64,000 nt of DNA, from IMG/VR virus record IMGVR_UViG_3300009155_000040, positions 32,001 through 96,000 of that record. One strand, 5' to 3'. Both the position numbers and the translations under genes were made by a program. This document shows positions 1 to 8,410 of this stretch, one piece after another. Each line of letters begins with the position of its first letter. Within the stretch, counting starts at the first letter, position 1. The notes below the pieces were generated by a model, which was not told the origin of the DNA, searched no databases, and saw only the letters and a program-made list of their open reading frames with translations. This DNA comes from a virus.

Positions 1-1019
1 CTGAGAAGGGCAATTTCTTCACCTTCTGTAATACCGCTATCTGCGGCAATGGTTATTGTGGTACTGGCCATTCCACTAAGACCGCCATCTGTACTAGATA
101 CTGTAAATGACCCAGTTAAAGTTGCAGGATTAAAATCAGTGCCGGTAATGCCTGCACCGGAAATTGTGTAAGGCAACACTGTACCATTTGGCACATTACG
201 TGTATACATGTATACAATTATGGAGTTACCGTCAGACACTCCAGGAAGATTAGTCTTAAAAGAAAATTCAGCTTCGTCATAGGTAAGGATGATAATACCT
301 TGCGACCCAGCTCCGCCAGCTGTAAATCCGCGAGATACATATGACGCTCCAGGGTTTGGTGTTCCGCCGGTAGCTGTCCTTTCTGTAGATACTCCTTGAG
401 ATGCACCGCCACCTCCGCCTGAACCCGTGAAGCCCTGTCCGTCGGCACCGGTTAACCCTTCGCCGCCGCCGGCGCCGCCACCGCTTGCACCCCTGGTGCC
501 ACCTGCTATTGGTCTTGCGGTTGTTTGATCAAATACTCCGCAGCCGCCGCCGCCGCCGCCACCATAAAGGGTTCCTTTATACAGATATCCTGCTGCGCCT
601 GCACCTCCAATAATCCCATTTTCAGGTAGTCCGTTATTAGCAGGACTAGGGCCGCCGCCTCTCGCACCTGCACCTTGAGACGTAACGGTAAGCACACCAT
701 CAATAGTTCTAGAGGATCGGTTACTGCCCAATGCCCCTCCACCGAGCGCACTTAGTGCTCCAAACGTAGTAGTAAAACCGGTACCGTTTGGTGCCACGCT
801 GGCTCCGACGGCATACGATATTGATGTGCCAGGACTAACTATTATATTCCTTGTAAGGAGGATACTGCCGCCGGCGCCGCCGTAACCGCCACCGTTCACG
901 TTTCCTTGTCCAGCAGCACCGCCACCAACAAGAAACACCTCACTAAGTAAAAAACAGTTAGCAGGGGGGGTCCATGTTGTGGGTGATGTACTGGTTAGTG
1001 TGACTGTTTGTACGGCCAT
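1..1019 (-). CDS. Glycine-rich virion structural protein, truncated at the window start and absent from the ORF track (MAVQTVTLTSTSPTTWTPPANC...)
   Basis: Manual translation from ATG at 1019 stays open for 339 codons to the window edge. Contains LVGGGAAG, GGGGGGG and GGAGSQGIIILTY Gly-rich motifs, then an Ig-like beta-rich region (YTRNVPNGTVLPYTISG). AAGGA RBS and TATAAATA lie upstream. Confidence 0.85.
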   Translation of the reverse strand, partial: MAVQTVTLTSTSPTTWTPPANCFLLSEVFLVGGGAAGQGNVNGGGYGGAGGSILLTRNIIVSPGTSISYAVGASVAPNGTGFTTTFGALSALGGGALGSNRSSRTIDGVLTVTSQGAGARGGGPSPANNGLPENGIIGGAGAAGYLYKGTLYGGGGGGGCGVFDQTTARPIAGGTRGASGGGAGGGEGLTGADGQGFTGSGGGGGASQGVSTERTATGGTPNPGASYVSRGFTAGGAGSQGIIILTYDEAEFSFKTNLPGVSDGNSIIVYMYTRNVPNGTVLPYTISGAGITGTDFNPATLTGSFTVSSTDGGLSGMASTTITIAADSGITEGEEIALL

Positions 1020-1044
1020 TATTGTGTTATCCTTAACTCAGGAA

Positions 1045-1052
1045 TATTTATA
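1045..1052 (-). promoter_or_regulatory. T4-type late promoter TATAAATA
   Basis: Exact TATAAATA on the minus strand in the gap upstream of the 1019 start. Confidence 0.75.
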
Positions 1053-1056
1053 TAGT

Positions 1057-1977
1057 TCAAGTCGCAGTTATTGACGATATTGAATACGTTGGGCTTGTGA
1101 TAGTAAATGTTCCAGTAGGCACTAACAATCCTGCTGCTTTTAGTTCGTCCACAGCCACTGCCAATGTGCCGTCTATTACATCTCCCGGTGGAAAGATTGT
1201 AGGAGGGTTTGGATACCCAGGATTTAGCGTATCTGGATCAACATAAGCATCATTCCAAATTACCTTGATGTAAACAACTGTGGCTGTTCCGCCCACATTG
1301 TTTGCCACATTAGTTTTGGCCTGCAATTGATAATTGTTAGACGAGTAAGAGCTGGTTGCACCCTGTTGATAAAATGTTTGATAAACATTGGTTAACGAAT
1401 AAAATGTTGCACCGCCGGGTGTGTTTGCACCAAGTCCCTGTGATCCAATAGTATCTAACAAACTTGTCCAAGATGAATTTTGTGGAGTTGTTGCTCCGCC
1501 GGTTCTCGTACTGGAAATTCTAATTTTTCCGCCACTGTTAAAAAAGTATCTTGCTTGATTTGCTGAACCAAAAGTAACAGTAATCTCACATGATGATTGC
1601 GATGCCCATGATCCTGTTCTTGATGTTCCGGGTTTAGCAGTAATTACTGACTGGTCAACACCAATATTAAATCTATTTAGACTGGCTGCGTCAGCAGCAA
1701 TATCAAATCCGTTGTTAGGAAATGTTATTCCTTGTTGAATAACAGATAGTGGTTCCACTTCTGCAAGAGCAGGTTCTCCGCCATCTTGATGTATTTTGAT
1801 ACTGCGAAGCATGTTGCGCAAATCGTCCCATTGAACTTTGGAAATTTGCTCGCCTTGCGATACTGTGGCTCCTAATACTGTTTGTCCATACCCCTTTGAG
1901 CCCGTGCCTGTCCCAAGAATGTCAACAATCTTGGCGCGGATATTATTGTAATCGGATGATGATATTTGAGTAGGCAT
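1057..1977 (-). CDS. Putative virion structural protein (306 aa)
   Basis: Long S/T/G-rich beta-type ORF in the fibre operon, tightly coupled to the upstream gene. Confidence 0.7.
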   Translation of the reverse strand: MPTQISSSDYNNIRAKIVDILGTGTGSKGYGQTVLGATVSQGEQISKVQWDDLRNMLRSIKIHQDGGEPALAEVEPLSVIQQGITFPNNGFDIAADAASLNRFNIGVDQSVITAKPGTSRTGSWASQSSCEITVTFGSANQARYFFNSGGKIRISSTRTGGATTPQNSSWTSLLDTIGSQGLGANTPGGATFYSLTNVYQTFYQQGATSSYSSNNYQLQAKTNVANNVGGTATVVYIKVIWNDAYVDPDTLNPGYPNPPTIFPPGDVIDGTLAVAVDELKAAGLLVPTGTFTITSPTYSISSITAT

Positions 1978-1978
1978 T

Positions 1979-3796
1979 TTATAACACTAGTGCTTCAATT
2001 GTTGTTATTCCGTCAACATCACTAGACTCAAGTGCAATTGCAAATGTATCTACGTTGAAATTTTGTCTTACTAGCGCAGTACCAGCTGGGCCTGCTACCA
2101 GTCTATCGCCTTTCTTAACAGCACCTGTTACTTTAACAGGAACTCGTCCTTTAAGGGCAATGTATGTACCGCCTACTAGATCTTTATTCATCATAAACGC
2201 TGGATTTGCACTAACTACACCAATAGCTCTGTCGCCTTGTGTGCAGGCAGTAACTTCTTTAGTACCTCCAACTGCAACCACTGTGCCTGTTTCGTAGTCG
2301 GCGTCTGCCAGATATTTTTCTGCCAAGTCAGCATATTGAGCTGATGTAGCTGTTCCGTCAAATACGTTGGCTAACAAATTACCTGCGGCATTTCTAGCAG
2401 CAATTGTAAATGCTGTTTTTGTTGTTCTAGCTGATCTGTACCAAGTGCTTTGATCGCTGCCGTTCCAAGTGGTATCAGTGGCTGCATCATCAATTTTTAA
2501 TTTGTTTGTACTTGTGGCAATGCCGTTGAATTTTACAGCATTTAATTCACCTAATGAGTTTCTTACTGCTATCGAATCGGCGGTTGCTGTAACTTCACCA
2601 GATAGTGAATTTAATTCTAACGCATTTGATGCTGTTCCGTTAACATCTCCTTGAACAGAACCAAATAAGTTTCCTCTAAGAGTTGCACCAGTGTAACCAA
2701 TTTGTTTAGTAGTACCATTAATCAATACAGTGGCATCAGTTGCTAGGACATTTCCTACAAATGCTCCAGTAAATTGTTTGGTAGAATAATCATATGCAGT
2801 TGTAAGGTCAGACGCTTTAAGATTTGCCACTACGCCGTCAGCATAAACAGATCCCCATTTAAGCGTTGGCGATCCTAAATTATAACCTTCATCTATTCCT
2901 GGTACTATTCCTGTACCCGTAAACACAGCAACGTTTTGTTTAACAGTGCCATTGGTAATTCTAACAGTAATATCATTGTTATTTTTATTTTCAATAATAA
3001 CATCTTCACTGTTTTCAATCCAAATACGAAGATCAGTATCAGTACCTACATAAAAACCTACATCTGGAAAAGTAATTGCTGAAGTAAACGGATTTGCAAT
3101 ACCAACTCGAACATAGTCAGATGCTAATCTTCCACCTAACCTGTCTGAATTACTTGCTGTTCCCCAGAATCTATAATCGCTAGTGGTCTGTCCATTACTC
3201 GGAGTATTAATTAATGTAATACCCTGTTTAATAACTGGAAAGTTTGCTGTCAATCCTGTTGAACTTGCTGGAATAAACTCTTCAAGGGCGTTGACAATTG
3301 CTACAATCTCTCCGCCTGCAATAATTTTAATAATGGCATGTGTATCAGCAACCGGCGATTGATTATCTTTAATTGTATCAGTAGCAATAGCACTAGATCC
3401 AAGTTCAGGACTTGCAGCTGGTCCAACTAGAACATACTGTGTTCCGGACCACGTGTATAATTGTTTAGCGTTTGAATCCCACCAAAACTCACCAGTAGCC
3501 AAGCCTGCGGGCTGAGTAATGCTGACTTCAGCGCCATTGGCAACTTTAAATTTAACACCATCGTAGAATTTTAGCTTTTTATTTCCGCTATCATACCATA
3601 TTTGCCCTGGAACCACTTTTGGGGGTGCTGAAGTGTTTGCAAAATTTTCCATTAAATGTAGGAAATTTTCGTTTTGTACTTCGCCGTAGCCTGCGTAGTT
3701 TTTACCTACAAATCGTAGATCAGTGCTGGAATCGATTGTTCCGTCTGCTACAGTTGTTTGTAGTACTCCGTTAAATTTGTTTACTTGATATGCCAT
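1979..3796 (-). CDS. Tail fibre/spike paralogue with C-terminal intramolecular chaperone (Peptidase_G2-like autocleavage domain)
   Basis: Shared N-terminal module (GKNYAGYGE-QNENFLHLMENFA...GQIWYD). The C-terminus AQYADLAEKY...GVVSANPAFMMN...IALKGRVPVKV...KGDRLV matches my recollection of the G2 chaperone pattern. Confidence 0.75.
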   Translation of the reverse strand: MAYQVNKFNGVLQTTVADGTIDSSTDLRFVGKNYAGYGEVQNENFLHLMENFANTSAPPKVVPGQIWYDSGNKKLKFYDGVKFKVANGAEVSITQPAGLATGEFWWDSNAKQLYTWSGTQYVLVGPAASPELGSSAIATDTIKDNQSPVADTHAIIKIIAGGEIVAIVNALEEFIPASSTGLTANFPVIKQGITLINTPSNGQTTSDYRFWGTASNSDRLGGRLASDYVRVGIANPFTSAITFPDVGFYVGTDTDLRIWIENSEDVIIENKNNNDITVRITNGTVKQNVAVFTGTGIVPGIDEGYNLGSPTLKWGSVYADGVVANLKASDLTTAYDYSTKQFTGAFVGNVLATDATVLINGTTKQIGYTGATLRGNLFGSVQGDVNGTASNALELNSLSGEVTATADSIAVRNSLGELNAVKFNGIATSTNKLKIDDAATDTTWNGSDQSTWYRSARTTKTAFTIAARNAAGNLLANVFDGTATSAQYADLAEKYLADADYETGTVVAVGGTKEVTACTQGDRAIGVVSANPAFMMNKDLVGGTYIALKGRVPVKVTGAVKKGDRLVAGPAGTALVRQNFNVDTFAIALESSDVDGITTIEALVL

Positions 3797-3818
3797 GTTT
3801 GATCCACCTTAATCTTTG

Positions 3819-3826
3819 TATTTATT
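3819..3826 (-). promoter_or_regulatory. Late-promoter-like box AATAAATA
   Basis: TAAATA core in the intergenic gap upstream of the 3796 start. Confidence 0.6.
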
Positions 3827-3828
3827 CA

Positions 3829-4185
3829 TTATATAATACGAGTTGCAGCCGCTTGTCTTTGAGTTTCTAAATCTAAATATTGCTGTTGCGTTAAACTCGT
3901 TGGAATCGACAATGCTTGCTGTCTAATATGACGCAAAACTTTCCAATCTGTGCTTCTTAAAAATTCTAAATCGCTTGCATTTCTTAATTGATTTTCTTTC
4001 TGTGTTAAAATTTCAACGCCTACTGGTTGAACAGTTTTAGTAGGAATATCAAAATAGTGAGTTTGTGCTATTATGGAGTTATGATCAGCATCACTAATCT
4101 CCGATACTGACACAGTATTAGGAACGGACGGTGCATAACTTAATATGCTGATTACTTTATTATCTTCTATACATACGTAGTGCAT
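3829..4185 (-). CDS. Tail fibre assembly chaperone-like protein (118 aa; start re-called to ATG 4185)
   Basis: ATG lies 2 nt after the fibre stop codon at 4188. The C-terminal EFLRSTDWKVLRH...LETQRQAA resembles fibre-chaperone L-x-x-T-D-W motifs. Confidence 0.65.
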   Translation of the reverse strand: MHYVCIEDNKVISILSYAPSVPNTVSVSEISDADHNSIIAQTHYFDIPTKTVQPVGVEILTQKENQLRNASDLEFLRSTDWKVLRHIRQQALSIPTSLTQQQYLDLETQRQAAATRII

Positions 4186-4187
4186 TT

Positions 4188-6473
4188 TTAACTCCAAATT
4201 GCCATGTAATTGGCGGCCGGTGTAGATCGTTGTTCTGTATTTTGAACATATACTCGAATCCTGTCTCCAAGATCGCTCCAGGTACAACGTAGTGAGTCGT
4301 TACCATCAACTCCGCCGGCATAGTGTATAACTGCTATACTAGGCATAAATGCAATTAAATTAGCCATTGTTTTGCCTGAGGGCGGAAACACATCAAAAAA
4401 GTTTGCGCCATTATTCCAACTGCCTACTTGATTTGTGTAACCCGAAGTACTGTAAACTGTATTACCGTAGGTAAATGTATACTGTGGTAATCTACTGTCA
4501 ACATACTGTTTAGGAGTGGCATGTAAATCAGATATCGGATTGCCGTTCAGTGTTAGGTATCCAGACATTGTGCTACCGGAAATGGCTACTTTTGTTGGAT
4601 CGGTTGCACTAATTGATATATTAGTTGTGCCGTCAAACGACACACCATTAATAGTTCTAGCTGTTTGTAATCTCGATGCCGAGGTTGCATTTCCAGTTAC
4701 TGCTCCAACTAACGAAGCTGTAATTGTTCCTGCTGAAAAATTACCACTAGAATCACGTGCAACTACTTTACTTGCAGTATTAGCAGATGTAGCATCTACA
4801 GAAATTGTTAATGGTAACTGAGTATCGTAGTAACTCGGTGAACCAGTGCCTGAATAAGAAATATAAGTGCCAGCAGTTAATTTTTCTAACGCCATTGCAC
4901 CCCATGTTATAGAGTTGCCGCCGGTTGATTTAAGAACATAGCCAGGGGTGCCGGCTGGTAAAAATGCCGTTGTTCCAGATGCCGTTTGATAAGGTACAGA
5001 ACCGGCACTGCCGCCGGCGATGTTTGTAGATCTAGTTGCTAATGTTGCTGTTTCTGCATTGCCAACTAGAGTATTTGCATATATTTTATCCCATTTATTG
5101 TTTGAAGTTCCCAAATTAATTGGATCTCCAGCATGTATAAAATTAGGTGCAAAAGCTGGCTGGTTAATTCCGCTGCTGCTTAAAGATTGCGCAGATGTAA
5201 TAAAACCAATATCGGCGAAGTCTCCAGTAACAGCAGTATCAAATATTTTTAATAAAAATCCGGTTTGCTGATTTGCTGATAATGTTGGTGTACCACCTTG
5301 CACTCCAAGTGTAAGTTCTTCGGCTCCACCAACTGTTACTCCAAGGTCTGCAACATTTAAAGAATTAAGTGTTCCAACGTCAGTTAAAGACGAATTTAAA
5401 ACACTAGGACTTAATATGTCCCCAGTCAATGTTTCTGCGGCGGCTGGAATACTAATGTCAGCAGTTCCATCAAAATTAACATTATTGATTTTTCTAGGTG
5501 TTGTTAATTTAGTTGCTGTAGCAGCATTACCGCTAAGTGTTGCTCCAATAAATGTATTGGCTTGAACTACGTCAAAGGTGCTGGTTCCACTTGATGCTGT
5601 TACATTTCCAAGTAAGGTAGCAGTAATTGCGCCTGCTGAAAATCCGCCTGTGCTATTTCTTGCTACTACTTTTCCTGCTTGATTTGCAGACGATGCATCA
5701 ACAGCCCATGTAACTTCTGTTGACCCATTAAAATCAGTTCCAGTTAGATATGTTCCACGTTTCAACCTGTTGGTAGTATTTGATAAAACTGTTACATCCG
5801 ATGTTCCATCGAACACTGTACCGTTAATCAATCTTGGTGTTATCAGTCGTGTTGCAGTTGCCGCATTACCTGTTAGATTTCCTTTAACTACTGTTGATGA
5901 ATTTAATGTCAGGCCGGCTGCTAAGTTACTAAATCCAACAAGTCCATATGAAGGATTAATTGTAAATGCTGTGGCTGAAATAATGCCGATTATGCCGCCG
6001 TCGATTGTTAATTTTATAACTGGTCTACTGACATTGTCGCCATCTAATAAAGTAGTCGATACTGCTCGGGTGATTCCGAACCCTTCGGCAGTTTCTGGTC
6101 CGATGAATCGCCAATTGTTATCAGCCCATACATGCAATGTATTAAACGGAGATTTTAACCACAAAGCACCATTTGATGGCTCTTCCGGTGGGTCATTTGA
6201 TATTACAGCCGAGCCAACAATGGTCCATTTTGAGCCGTCATATACGTGTAAAATATTACTTAAAGTATTAAACCAAGTTTGACCTTGTAAAGGCCTTGCA
6301 GGAGGAAATTCATTTGCAAAATTTTCTAACATCCATACAAAGTTTTCGTTTTGTGTTTCACCATATCCAACATAGTTTCTTCCAACCAAGCCAATGCTGG
6401 TAGAAGTATCTATTGTACCGTCTTCTAAAACGACTAACGGTTCATTGTTAAATTTATTAATTGTATATGGCAT
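4188..6473 (-). CDS. Tail fibre protein paralogue (761 aa)
   Basis: Shared N-terminal module. Three RxINxxxFDGTxD/NI/V shaft repeats and two VDAxSANxAxKVVAR repeats. Distinct C-terminal tip, with a chaperone gene directly downstream. Confidence 0.8.
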   Translation of the reverse strand: MPYTINKFNNEPLVVLEDGTIDTSTSIGLVGRNYVGYGETQNENFVWMLENFANEFPPARPLQGQTWFNTLSNILHVYDGSKWTIVGSAVISNDPPEEPSNGALWLKSPFNTLHVWADNNWRFIGPETAEGFGITRAVSTTLLDGDNVSRPVIKLTIDGGIIGIISATAFTINPSYGLVGFSNLAAGLTLNSSTVVKGNLTGNAATATRLITPRLINGTVFDGTSDVTVLSNTTNRLKRGTYLTGTDFNGSTEVTWAVDASSANQAGKVVARNSTGGFSAGAITATLLGNVTASSGTSTFDVVQANTFIGATLSGNAATATKLTTPRKINNVNFDGTADISIPAAAETLTGDILSPSVLNSSLTDVGTLNSLNVADLGVTVGGAEELTLGVQGGTPTLSANQQTGFLLKIFDTAVTGDFADIGFITSAQSLSSSGINQPAFAPNFIHAGDPINLGTSNNKWDKIYANTLVGNAETATLATRSTNIAGGSAGSVPYQTASGTTAFLPAGTPGYVLKSTGGNSITWGAMALEKLTAGTYISYSGTGSPSYYDTQLPLTISVDATSANTASKVVARDSSGNFSAGTITASLVGAVTGNATSASRLQTARTINGVSFDGTTNISISATDPTKVAISGSTMSGYLTLNGNPISDLHATPKQYVDSRLPQYTFTYGNTVYSTSGYTNQVGSWNNGANFFDVFPPSGKTMANLIAFMPSIAVIHYAGGVDGNDSLRCTWSDLGDRIRVYVQNTEQRSTPAANYMAIWS

Positions 6474-6494
6474 TTGAGCCGCTCCTAAATTTCA

Positions 6495-8387
6495 TTATAT
6501 TGTTACACTTCCAACGAATGTCCAAGCACTGCCTATAATTCTAAATGTTCTAACACTTCTAACAGGATTCAATATTTGTGCATCTAATGATTGTGCTGGT
6601 ACTGATAAACTGGTAATTGCCGATGCTGATCCACCAGCTGCTACTGTAAACACATTGCTTCCTGGCGAACCAATATTGAGATTCAGCGTGGATGGTAAAT
6701 TGCTTAACTCCATACAGAATATTCTTGCAAATGTGTTTACATCGTATTCAGCTATGGGTGCTATTTCCGGCAACATTGTGCCAGCAATATACCCGTTGGT
6801 AATTGTCGGATTGCCTGCAGAGTCCATTGGAATTACCAATGATAATACCACAGCCCTTGATCTAATTGATGCATCAACGTATGCTTTATTTGTAGCATCG
6901 TTAGCAGATGCAGGAGTTCCTAATCCAGTAATTTTAGGAGTACCAATTAATGCAATACTACCGCCTAATGAAGAAATTTCTAAATTTGGTAGTGCCGCAT
7001 TAATTGATGATATTCTATTGTTTTCTATTCTGACTGTTGATACACTTGCTGGTCCAACGTTAAGTTGTGTTAACGTACCAAAGGATGTAACACCCGGAAT
7101 ACTGGTAATTCCTGCACCCAATGAAGTTGCTGATAATACTTCAACTCCGTTAATGGCAAAATATTTTCCTGCTGCAATATTGATATGTTCAGAACTGTTC
7201 CATGCTGTGCCTAATAACTGCGGAGTTGAATCAGTGTATCCTGCTAGAACTGCGGCTGCTGTTGACTGTTGTGGAGCAAGTCCGCTAGAATCGGCCCATA
7301 AAAATATATGACTGCTGGCGCCTTGCAGGATTATGCCGCCACCGCTGGCATTTTGATCTGTTGGCACAGTAGATGTTTGTTTAGCTAATACAATGTTTTT
7401 ATCTTCTACAACTAACGTTCCAACATCAACAGTTAGGTAATCTCCTTGAACTGTGAGGTTTCCAACTACTGTTAAACTTCCGCCAATGGTTGTTTGGCTG
7501 GCAGGTTGTCCGTCGTATATGGAAACTGTACGAGAGTCGGATGCAATTCTAACAGCATCTTCTTGTACAATACCTTTTCTAACGTTAAAAACAATATCTC
7601 GGTTTGTTGCAGAGTTTGAAAGAATTACATTTCCTCCGCTAACAGTAATAGCACCCTGGCCAGCACTACCGACAGATATTCCTAAGTCAGTATTAATTCT
7701 TATCTGCCCTTCAATAATATTTGAAGTATCTTTACGAACATAGGTTGTAGCATCTGCGCCACCTAATTGTTCTGCATTTGTAGCAGTTGCATAAAATTTA
7801 AAACCGTCAACTGTTCCTGCATTGAAACCTGGACCGATGGATCCTGAAAATCCTTGAATGGCAGATTTTGGAGTAAATGCATCTTTTGAAAAGATTCCCA
7901 ATAATATTCCATTGTTGTATAGATAGGTTACAACTCGTGTTTGATTCAGCGTATCTAAAATACTTACAACTTTGAGACCACTTAATCCTTGACTAGCAGA
8001 ATATGCTGGTCCTAATAGTATTGTGCTAGTACCGTCATAAAAATATAATTGTTTTTCAATACTATTAAACCACAAGTCACCTGCACCCAAAGTTAAAGGC
8101 TGCGATCCTGCAATTGTTGCAGAACTTACTGGAATAAATTCATTTCCGTTATAAACTTTTACTCTGTTTTCTGACGTATCAAACCAAACTTGACCGCGGA
8201 TTGGATTAGTTGGGGTGTCGGCACTTGCAAAATTTTCCAATAGCTTGATTAAATTTTCATTATATATCTCACCAAAGCCGCTGTAATTTTTACCAATAAG
8301 AGTTAAGTCAGTGGATGACTGATCTATTTGACCGTCTGGAACTGTAGATACTATAGTTCCGTCTGTTTTATTAATTTGATATGCCAT
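6495..8387 (-). CDS. Tail fibre/baseplate-attached protein paralogue (630 aa)
   Basis: Shared N-terminal module (GKNYSGFGE-YNENLIKLLENFA...GQVWFD), beta-rich body, PASANDATNKAYVD fibre motif. Confidence 0.75.
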   Translation of the reverse strand: MAYQINKTDGTIVSTVPDGQIDQSSTDLTLIGKNYSGFGEIYNENLIKLLENFASADTPTNPIRGQVWFDTSENRVKVYNGNEFIPVSSATIAGSQPLTLGAGDLWFNSIEKQLYFYDGTSTILLGPAYSASQGLSGLKVVSILDTLNQTRVVTYLYNNGILLGIFSKDAFTPKSAIQGFSGSIGPGFNAGTVDGFKFYATATNAEQLGGADATTYVRKDTSNIIEGQIRINTDLGISVGSAGQGAITVSGGNVILSNSATNRDIVFNVRKGIVQEDAVRIASDSRTVSIYDGQPASQTTIGGSLTVVGNLTVQGDYLTVDVGTLVVEDKNIVLAKQTSTVPTDQNASGGGIILQGASSHIFLWADSSGLAPQQSTAAAVLAGYTDSTPQLLGTAWNSSEHINIAAGKYFAINGVEVLSATSLGAGITSIPGVTSFGTLTQLNVGPASVSTVRIENNRISSINAALPNLEISSLGGSIALIGTPKITGLGTPASANDATNKAYVDASIRSRAVVLSLVIPMDSAGNPTITNGYIAGTMLPEIAPIAEYDVNTFARIFCMELSNLPSTLNLNIGSPGSNVFTVAAGGSASAITSLSVPAQSLDAQILNPVRSVRTFRIIGSAWTFVGSVTI

Positions 8388-8410
8388 GTTCTTATCCTAA
8401 ACGCCTTATA

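Noticed and set aside
218-751. Track ORFs 218..448 and 506..751 (-)
   Set aside because: Alternative frames inside the real 1..1019 gene.
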